Assembly (NCBI GenBank): GCA_964035545.1
Contig: OZ037769.1
Span: 13,794,633-13,858,632, forward strand
Length of the DNA stretch: 64,000 bases
Direction: 5' to 3'
Source of the DNA: Bugula neritina
Taxonomy: Eukaryota > Animalia > Bryozoa
Part shown: positions 12,901 through 24,900 of the stretch, piece by piece
Layout: each line of letters begins with the position of its first letter
Numbering within the stretch: position 1 is the stretch's first letter
Notes under the pieces: model-generated
Database searches by the model: none
What the model was told of the DNA's origin: nothing
Seen by the model: the letters and a program-made list of their open reading frames with translations, nothing else
Made by a program: the position numbers and the translations under genes

Positions 12901-15900
12901 TTACACCTGAGTAAAAAAATTCTATAGTTTTCAATGTTACAACATTCAGATTGAAAAATCACCAAATGTTTGTTTTTACCTGCATTGAACAACAGTTGAC
13001 GAAAAAAACCGTGGATACAAACGCACAAACTTGTGGGGATATTTATGGCCTAAACACTTTTGATACAGCCAGAAATACAGCCACAAGTAACACAGCGTAA
13101 AATATAGATATAAAGCACACCAACGATAAGTTACAAAATGAAACAATGCCTTCATATATATAGTTACCAGAAAGTAAAAACCCAACTAACGTTATGAAAA
13201 TACTTGGTGGAGAGGAGAGCAATTGGACTGTCAAAGTTTACACGAAGAGGGATACAAGTCTTTCTGATGTCCAGCTCTGAATTGACTTGGCCAAACTCAT
13301 TGCTTCCAAATATATAAACTTCACCCTAGAAGTATACAGTAAAACATTCGATTAAATAATACGGTGTAGTGTAGATTTGCAGTGTACAACATTTAGCTTT
13401 AGATGCTTTCAATCCCAAACCCGTTGTATATTTTTTTTAAAAGTGCTACACTATGTGACACCTTAACCCAACTTATCCTTTTCAGTTCAAGTATGGTTGT
13501 AGTATTTCCCAGGCCTCAAAAACATTAAGTAATAGCAACTAGTTAGTTGACATTATTATCCTTTCAGCAATCAACGCATTAACTTTAGTAGTCAATAACT
13601 TGTTCTGATAAACTAGCAAGTTTTCAGCTTTTTTCATGCTACAAAGGAGTAAATGCAAATTTACAGTATTACAATAATGAATTGTAATTCATATATTTGA
13701 TAGTCATCTTACCTTAAGCTTCTAAATATATTTATTGGAATTATAATAAATTCAAAATTTAATTTAATGAAGCTACAAATAAAGAAAAGCAAAATGTCAA
13801 CAATGCTAAAATTTAAAATTTCATTACGTTGTGCCATACAATGATCCAACAATCAAAAGAAATCGAAAGCTCATTTTGAACCTGTATTTTGCAGAACCAA
13901 GCTGCTTATACTACTACCTCAGAATCATATGCTCTTTGATTACTAGAGATAACAGGTATGCTAGAGATAATACACTCTCTGGAGTCACATTTAGCTAATG
14001 TTAGCACTAGTATCTCCATCAGCTACACTGTAGCTGAGTAAGTGCTTATATTATAATCAACGTATCAATTGTTACTATATCTAACTATTATAATATTATA
14101 TAGTGATGCTAACCTTATATTATGGTGAACACATTTCTGTATCTCACTGTTGGAGTATTATATAGAGTAGGCTAATGCTAATTTCATATTATAGTGAACT
14201 TATGAATAAATTATAGCTTTTGAATGCTGATAGAAATAGTTTCTTTTAGTTTATGCATAACTGTCTACATCATGTATGGCGCAAGGTTATTTGCGGCTAT
14301 AAAACCATCTACTTCATAACAAGCTAAGCACACTATTTCTGCCAGTAATTTTTGACTTCTGAAGCTCTGCTTTCATTAAGCCATGCGTTCAATTCACATT
14401 TAATGAAAAACATTCTTACAGCGAATACATAAGCTAGTGTACTATACTGATGATATAAAACTGAAATAGAATCGGATTCAAATATGACTATACTATTAAT
14501 AGCTCAGTTTTCACATTTAAGAAATATTAAATACCATATTATATACACCAGTGAGCTAAGTATCATCATATATATTAGTATATCAAGTATTATATATATA
14601 TATTAGTATATCAAGTATTATATATACTAGTATATCAAGTATTATATATACTAGTATATCAACTATTATATACACTAGTATATCTAATATCATATATATT
14701 AGTGTGTTAAGTTAACAGCACCTTGTGAGAAAGCACCATGGAGTGACTATGACCGGCAGCCATGCTGACTACAAACACACCACTGAGAGCTTCTATCATA
14801 TGTGGTACACTTTGGTTGTCAATACCTCCATGTCCCAACTGACCGAATACACCCCAGCCCCAGCTGTACACTCTACAACATAGGATAATAAGTTTTATAG
14901 AACATGACAGGGAAGTATAAAGGTATGACAGTGTATTCAAACCATGATACTCATAGTCAGCCTAACTACTAGTGAACTTAGATTGGAGCCGTGACATTTG
15001 TGTTATGACAGTATAATAAGACATTAATAGCAAAGAAGCACCTGTCTAATATGGTTTAGCCTTGTATACAGTAAACCTTTTCTCATCCAAGAGATCTTAG
15101 CAGCTGAATGCAAATAGCAAGCAGTGTATAAGTATTTAGACCCATAAAAATTTTAACACACCAACAAAGCTCAGGATTATCAGCAGATTGGAACTGAATG
15201 TGATAATTTTTATTGTCAGTCAAACAACAATTTTAAACTCAGTTAAATATTCTAGGAGACTGTAAAGAATTGTCTGCACCATGACATAACTGACTAAACA
15301 GCTCACCTGCCGTGCCTGTCAACAGCTAAAGTATGATATCTGCCACACACGACATCCACACATTCCACTGAGTCACCCTGACCACCCACAGAGCCAATAC
15401 TCAATGAGTCATTGCTTAGTGGAACAGGCACAAACTCAGTGGAATACTCCAAACTTCCTGTCCCCAATTGACCATAGTCTGAGCTCCCTCTGCCTTGCAG
15501 CTGCTCAATAACAAGACTTTAGAGTTTTAATATACATAGGAAACACAGTCTAAAGTCATATAGAAATGAAGAGTTATATTATAAAATTAGTTCTATTTAA
15601 TTATAGTAATCAAAGTTATGATAAGGCAGCTAATGTTAAATATTATATTACTTTCCAGTTATACCACAACTCACTCCGTTGGAACATAAAATCATCAGAT
15701 GCTTTTCACCACAGGAGATGGAGTAGACTTGGATATTACTACTGGATAAATCAGTGTCTATGGAAGGAGTAGATAACTTCAACCTCTCTTCTATACACAA
15801 ACTATGAAATAAAAGATACCGCCATGTGACTCTATGAAAACAGCACTACCTGATCAGAAGTGAGAAATTCAACTAATAATTATTTGATTGAGCAGTCATA

Positions 15901-18900
15901 TTAGCTGTATTACATGGCAACTTATCCGTTCTTCATTTGCATATATTTTACTGACATAAATTAAGTATAAAATAATTAGAAAGTATACTTTTCTAGCTTG
16001 GTGTTAGAACCCCAGCTAAAGACTAAGTTCTTTTGCAGACTATAAGCTCTGTGGGATGAGCAGCACACAGGCCGCCCGCCTTTTCTTCTCTGAAGAACCA
16101 TCTGGTTATTTCGCATCTGCAAAACCCGTGGAAAAAATGAATCATATGTACGTCTATTATTAAAAAGATATGAATAGGAGTTGTCACTCCAACAATAACT
16201 AGCTGGTAGACAACCAGATATTAAAAGCACACTTTATTGCAACATGAAATGATAGAACATGGCTTTTCCAAATATACTATTTAAACTTATATATATTTAT
16301 CTAAGCTTTGTCTAATCTTCTAATTTGTTGTTATATTTTTATGCTACCTTTCCTAATACATAGTTAATCAACTAACATCTCTATGCGAACTCACTTACAA
16401 CCTTTATACACATACAACCGTCACAATACTCTAAGAAGTGACTTGTCCATGACAGGTTATAATGTAGTTAGATGATTGATAGTGGAATAACAGACTATTA
16501 AAACCAAAAGATAAAGTGATTGTTTCTACAAAGTGATTAAACTGGAGTACACCATAACCAGTCTTATACCTGTAGCAATAACATTGTTAATGTAAAAATC
16601 AAATGCATTATGTGGTTGTGTGGTCAATCACTATGTGGTTGTATGGTTAAGCACCATGTGGTTGTATGGTCAAGCACCATGTGGTTGTGTGGTTAAGCAC
16701 CATGTGGTTGTGTGGTCAAGCACTATGCGGTTGTGTGGTTACTGAGGCAGACACATAACAAGTTACCTGCATGTCTAATGGATTAGCACTGTATGCTAAC
16801 ATCATTTCCATATCTTTACTGAGAAGACAACTATGAGACTCGTAAGTCGACATTCTCAATACGACCTTGACATAAAACAGGTAGAGCTCCGACACAAACT
16901 CTTCGACTGAGAGTTTACTAGAACTTTCTCCTTCTTCAGCATCCTATAATATATACCGTATTACTATAATATATGTACAGTGCATGAAGCAGTCGTGGTC
17001 CAGGGGTTTGAGCGTTTACTAAGTAAACACAAAGTCATGGGTTCGAAGCTTGACGAAGGCCATTGGTGATGTTAGAAAAAGCATCCAGTCATAATTGCTC
17101 CTGTGCCTTATCTGAATATGTCCTTAGCCCGATTTAACCACAAAAAAACCTTTTAGAACAAGGGTTTTCTCACAGGGATGGTGACTATAAACTTGTGTGA
17201 GGTTATATAAAGTATATACCACAATATATCGTACATATAACATATATTACTAGATGTACAGTATATACTACAACAGATATCATACACCATTTATATATAA
17301 CAACATATGCACAGCAAGTAAAATGTATCACATAACTTAGGTACTGTACATCTGGTACACCCTAGTAAATTCAATACAAGCGCATTCAACAAAAAAATGG
17401 ACCGTAATAATAAAAGCCAGCCAGAAAGAAGAATGCATATTGTCTACATGAGTGAGTCAGAAGCAGAGCTGGAAATGATAAGTCAGTTTACCTGGTGGAA
17501 TCTGGCATACGACTGAGCAGACACACTCTCCACGTACTCAGTAAAGAACTTTATACTACTCTGTGTAAACTTGGAGTGCGGGTGATATCTCTGGGCTAGC
17601 AGACGCAGTGAACTGTAGTCTAATTCGTGTAGTCTTGGAGCAAGCCATAGCAGGTTAGACGTCTCAATACTGTTCGTGTTTAGAAGGTAGGTGCAAAAAT
17701 CTTCCGTATTGAGAAGATAGACCATGGATCCTACGGTTATTACAATATAACATAAACCTTGAATATATGCATGGCAGTGATGTATATTGTTACAATAATA
17801 TATACAACTTGGTAAAACAAAAATACTTAGTAAATTTATGTATTGTGAAGTTAAAAACCAGTCAAGCAACAACACATTATGTATAATAAAACTGGGACAA
17901 TATAACAAAAGTTTAAATCAACTCAGCTAGGGCGAGAAATAAAGCAGTAGAAATTACAAAAGAATGAAAAACAGTTTAAAAAAGGCACATTTATAGTAAA
18001 ATAGTTTCTGTTAGTTACCTGAAGCTACTGAACCAAGTGCTGAAACAAAGTCGCTGTTCTCCACGTGGGCGTGTAGCAAGCTGGGAGTTATCTTTCCCAG
18101 TGAGAACATGTGCTCTAATGCACTCCGTACAAACTTTCTGTGCTACAGATTACCAGACACACGTATATGTTAGTAACACAACGTGCTATAGAGTATAGAG
18201 CAAAAGAAGGGTGTATTATCTATAAAGCCTTACAAAGTGCATTTAAAAATAGAATCTATATAGAAAAATTACTAAATCCCAAGGCTGAAAATCTTTGCTT
18301 TACTATAAAGCCAAACAGAAAAGTTTAAAACATCATTAAAAACGAAAATAATCCACAGTGAGCAAATTCAAGTGAAGATAAATTCACAAGTTGCAAAATC
18401 ATCTTTTGATCACTAAATTAGAAACCATCTCAAAAATTCAACACATATTCTGTTTTTCCGACAGTAAAAGCTCTGAACTAATATGTAAGTGTATGTATAC
18501 AATAAATATACCAGTGAAATCTCCAATAGCAGCGCCAAGTGGTTTTTATCACAGAGAAGTTTCATAGCCTGATCCAATGAATAACTCCGGTTGTATAATA
18601 AGAACTCTCTGAAAGAAAAGCATTGAAACTTTTGATCACAAGTAACAATAGAAAATAGTAGCAGTGATAGCAGCAGCATCAAAAGTAGAAGTAGTAACAC
18701 AAATGGCAGCAGTAGAACCACAGTAAACTGGATAGTGAAAACATTTGACTAGGTACTTGCTAATAACATTGAGAAACGAGCAACAACTGCTATCACAAGT
18801 CAACTACTGGTAAACACAAAACAAAATTAAAAAACATGATAGTAAAATAGCCAAGAAGAAAAAAGCATGTACATAGAACTGACATAAAATACAAACCAAT

Positions 18901-21900
18901 ACCTATAAGCAATAAACTCACATTTTTTTCAACAGTGAACTATTATAAATAGGTTTGAGAAATAATTTTTACATCATCATGTACTACTACCAAGTACTAG
19001 TCACTACTACCAAGTGATTAGTCACTAATGATTAATAACTAGCTACTATTATACTACTAATGATGAGTAACTGAACTAATAGCAAGCCTAAAATTTAGTG
19101 GAATAATTTTGTACTAATGACTAATTTTTGGCATCCTAGTTACTAACAACTAGTAACTAAGTGACTGGCTATAAATTACTAATAACTAGTATCCAGTCAC
19201 TAGTATTAGTGAGAAACTGAGTGCAATACTAGTAATACTTTAGTTGAATACTATTAGAGCAGTAACTAATAGTCACTAGTTACTAATGACCAGTGTAGAG
19301 TCACCAATGACCAGTAGCTAGTTACTATTGAGTAACTGAGTGAAATACTATTATACTAGTAAGAATTTAGTTGAATACCGGAACTCATTGTGAAAAGCAG
19401 AACTATCTGTTCTCTCCTCTAATATTGCCAGAAAGGAGCTCAGCACCATGTTGCAGATGTTACTCGTGGCAGACTTCGTATGACAGGAAGCAGATTGTGT
19501 CAGGGAACGTTCTAGAATATCTCTACCAGTCTGTACAACCAACTCATGCTCTCCATACTTGTATAGCAATGAGACTTTGGAGTTATCATCACACTATAAA
19601 AGACAGACAGTATATTGCTAGTTACTGAGAGAGTATTGCTAGTTACTGAGAGAGTATATTGCTAGTTACTGAGAGTATATTGCTAGTTACTGAGAGTGTA
19701 TTGCTAGTTACTGAGAGTATATTGCTAGTTACTGAGAGTGTATTGCTAGTTACTGAGAGTATATTGCTAGTTACTGAGAGTGTATTGCTAGTTACTGAGA
19801 GTATATTGCTAGTTATTGAGAGTATATTGCTAGTTACTGAGAGTATATTGCTAGTTACTGAGAGTATATTGCTAGTTACTGAGAGAGTATTGCTAGTTAC
19901 TGAGAGAGTATATAATGTATGGAATTATGCGTTACAGATTGTAAATAAAGGCTATAAAACATAAGGATTTGACTATATAATGATAGTGACAGCAGCAAAA
20001 TATATAAATCAACAAATGGGTATTCAGGTAAACATTAGGCACATTCTCAATAATAAAAAGAACAGTTCTTCTCTCATTTACAGGATTTATTAACATATAA
20101 GTGACTGCCCCATGCCTTGCCTTTCTAAGCTACTAATGGCTACACAATCTTATCAAATATTGTACAAGTATAGTAGTGGCACTAACAGCAACAGTTGCTG
20201 ACATCACTCAGCATGTGAGATGGTGCCACAAACATCACAGCTATTGACAGCCTGTATCATAAGAACTAACTTTCACAAAAACTATAATAACATTGTATTT
20301 CCTTGCAATATACAAGAATAGTGTTTACCTTTGAGTAGTGCAGACAATCTAGAGCTTGTTCTAAATTTTCTTTACGCAGGTGGAAGTCAGCACTATGCAG
20401 GTAGAGATTGAGAAAGTCTATATGCGTAACTTGGGCTAAGAGATGGAGTCTCTCCACATCTATAGTCTGACTCGTACTCCAGTTGAGAAAGAGCTGCTCA
20501 GGTGAGAACCTGGAATATATGTGTGGATTTCATCTGAATCTATCAGGTGTAAACTGCAGAGGTTAAGACATACCAAAGTGTAAACTGCAGGTATTACAAG
20601 GCATAGTGGAAACTGGTAAAATTATAAAACATACTCAGATGTAAACTGTATCACTATTCAGGTGTAAACTGTAGAAATTACGTGACATACTCAGGTGTAA
20701 ACTGCGGGTATATGACATACCTAAATGTAAACTACAGATTTAAGACACACTCAGGCGCAATGTGCAGAGATAAGACATACTTAGGTGTACACTGCAGATA
20801 TAAAACATACTCAGGTGTAAACTGTATCATTCTCCGATTTGTGACAAGTAAACACCCATCAAGGATAGTATGCTTTGAAGAAACGCAGTTTTGCTTAGAT
20901 GAGGTGTCCACCAGTTCATTGTGCCTACAGCATATATACTCATACTACGGTATCATACATTTATTAGCCGACTATGGTATGCGGACAATATAAATGGAAA
21001 TATTAAACAGTCTATTAAAATAAAAAGCAGCCGTGGTCTAGGGGTTAGAGTGTTTGCCTTGCAAACATGAGGTCATGGGTTCAAGCCCAGACAAAGGCCA
21101 TTAGTGATGTTAGAAAGAGCATCCAGTTATAATTGCTCCTGTGACCCATCTAAATAAGTCCTTAGCCCATTTTAACAAAAAACCTTTCTGTCAGGGGTTT
21201 CTCACAGGGTTGGCAACTATAAACATGCGTGAGGTTGTTTTATTAAAAAATGGATATGAGCATGGGTTATCACAAGTTGCCACATCTCAACAAATGCAAA
21301 CATTCAAAAACAAAGTTGATGCTTAAAAAATAAATAAAGAATAAGTTATTAATAAAGTTGTCAACAAGTATTAAAAGTTTTGAAAATTACAGGAGAAACA
21401 ACTTAAAGCATCTAACTATAAGCATCTGACCCACATAAAATACATTCAATTTTGTCAACGCCGTTGCTTATAATTGTTATACCTTTTACATGTTCAGGAA
21501 AATCTGTCTGAACACAGACTTCCTTAACCAATGCATTCAGATTGGCTAAACAGTTGGGAAATGTATACACTCGCGTGAAAAACACATTTTGCTACAAGAC
21601 CAACTGTAAAATCAAGTCAACGAGTCGAGCAAAAAGCAATTTCCCTCTAACATAGCCAATAGAAGCCATTCTATCTAAATATGTTTGCTGCCACGATGCT
21701 GATTGCATAATGCCAGACATATCGGTTACGTGAAAGCCAAAGTCTAGCAAACAATCAGTGCTGGTAGTAAAAGCTGTAGATATGATAATACTGGACTCAC
21801 CATGTGACGGGAAACTTGATAGCAGACATGTACTTTATAGATTCGTCTTCTTCCAGGTCATACTGGTGGATGACATAGCCAGTCTGCCGTAACACATACA

Positions 21901-24900
21901 ATAGGTGTGTAACAGTAGTGGGAGTAGAAATGCAGAGTTTCTTACTAGTCAATAGTGTGTATGTATAAAATAGACAGGAAATCTACTCGCAAAGAGCATG
22001 TTTTCATAGTACGAGTTGTCTTTTAAGATCCACATCAGCTGAAGAATTTTTTTGTCAAAGTCACTCTAATTAAAACAGAAAACCGTGAGTTCTATCAGGA
22101 TATCTATACTATAGTAATTACAGTAACACACACCGGTGACAGCAGACAGACTGCTGAAAGAGCTGATGAAATAGTTAAGTATGCAGAAGTGCCGTACCTG
22201 TTGAGTGTTAACATCTTTCTCTGAAAGCTGATTGGCTAAGACTAGCACATGCTTTGAAGGAAAAGCACAGAATATCAACCTGTCTGTGTAGACCAGATGT
22301 TCTGTCCACGCTGGTAGATTGTAAACGTAGAGAGGATGGTGTTCCACACTGCTGTCATATATCTGCAATGTTCATTATAATCTACATTATATTGTATACA
22401 TTATATTGTTCATTATATTGTATATATTATATTATATATATTATAATATAATATATATATATAATATATACATTATATTGTATATTATATTGTATATATT
22501 ATATTATATATATTATAATATAATATATATATATATAATATATACATTATATTGTATATTATATTGTATATATTATATTGTTCATTATATTGCATATATT
22601 ATATTGTATACATTATATTGTTTATTATATTGTATATTATATTGTTTATTATATTGTATATTATATTGTTTATTATATAATTGTACATGTTATTGCATAA
22701 TATAACATTGCATGTTATAATGAACAATATATTGTACACCATAATGCGCAACATAATATACATTATATTGGGCATTACATATGTTCTACAATATAATGCA
22801 TCTGCTATTTGTAAAGAACTTATTTTTTGTAAATATACTTTGCAAATACGAAGCGCAGACACCCTTAGCATAGAAGTTGAGAACTAGGGAACAGCCATGG
22901 TGTAGTGGTTAGAGCGCTGGCCTAGTAAACATGAGGTCAGTAATTCTAGTCCAAACACCATGGTGATGTTAGGAAGAGCATCCAGTCATAATTGCTCCTG
23001 TACCACGTATGAATATGTCCTTAGCCTACTTTCAAAACCCTTTCCATCAGGGCTTCTCATGGGGAGAGTAACTATAAACTTGCGTGAGATTTTAGAAGTT
23101 GAGAGATATCTGAGACTCAAAGATCTCTTATTTTTAGTTGCAACGCGACTACATAAGCAGTGCAGGTTTCACCCAGCCTATGACTGATTACCAAGCAATG
23201 TCGACACGTTATATTACAAAAAACACACCTTTAGAGACAGGTCAGCCTTGTCTACGCCGGATATGAGATGACACCCCTTAGCACTCTGATACCTCAGTGA
23301 CACAGAGATGGGAATGTTGGTAAACCGACGAGGTTTGAACTCGCATTCAGCCTCGGAAGGCTGACTCCGCGTGTGCAGAATCGACTTGATATACTTCTTA
23401 CCTGTACACAATAAGTGAACTTCCTTAGCAACGACAACAGTGACCAGTTGATACTATAGAGTTGATTATTACCGAGTAACAAAATCTATAAATAAATACT
23501 AAAATACAATTAAAAAAAACCGCTAAACCCATTTGCATATATGAATTACAAACAAAAACGTGAATATGATCATGTGATTATATTGTCATCTGCTCTATTT
23601 GTGAGATGATAACCCCAATTTAACCATTAAACTCTATTTTAGATAGCATTTACATCACTGATCAAAATTTTGAAATAATTTTGATTATGGGTTATTTAAC
23701 ATAAAACGTAATGTTATACTGCTACAGACATTTCTATAAAATAATAAAACAATCCTGAAGTCTAAACTCAGTAAAGCGATGAAGTTACAGAAACACATAC
23801 CACCGTAGCCGTAGAATTTATAGCCCAGCTCCAACATCCTTTCTTTAGACAAAGTCATATGAAGGTCAATGTCAAGGACATCTAGCAAAAGCCTCCACTG
23901 TAAACTTGACCTTGCAGATATCTAACAATGAAATGTGACTACTACAGTGTGTACTACTATACTAACAACTACAGTGTATACTACTACAGTGTGTACTACT
24001 ACAGTGTGTATACTACTACAGTGTATACTACTACAGTGTATATTACTACAGTGTATACTACTACAGTGTATACTACTACAGTGTGTACTACTACAGTGTG
24101 TACTACTACAGTGTGTACTACTACAGTGTGTACTACTACAGCGTATACTACTACAGTGTATACTACTACAGCGTATACTACTACAGTGTATACTACTACA
24201 GTGTATACTACTACAGTGTGTACTACTACAGTGTGTACTACTACAGCGTATACTACTACAGTGTATACTACTACAGCGTATACTACTACAGTGTGTACTA
24301 CAGTGTATACTACTACAGTGTATACTACTACAGTGTATACTACTACAGTGTGTACTACTACAGTGTATACTACTACAGTGTGTACTACTACAGTGTGTAT
24401 ACTACTACAGTGTATACTACTACAGTGTATATTACTACAGTGTATACTACTACAGCGTATACTACTACAGTGTGTACTACTACAGTGTATACTACTACAG
24501 TGTGTACTACTACAGTGTGTATACTACTACAGCGTATACTACTACAGTGTATACTACTACAGCGTATACTACTACAGTGTATACTACTACAGTGTGTACT
24601 ACTACAGTGTGTACTACAGTGTATACTACTACAGTGTATACTACTACAGTGTATACTACTACAGTGTGTACTACTACAGTGTGTACTACTACAGTGTATA
24701 CTACTACAGTGTGTACTACTACAGTGTGTATACTACTACAGTGTATACTACTACAGTGTATATTACTACAGTGTATACTACTACAGCGTATACTACTACA
24801 GTGTGTACTACTACAGTGTATACTACTACAGTGTGTACTACTACAGTGTGTATACTACTACAGTGTATAATACTACAGTGTGTACTACTACAGCGTATAC

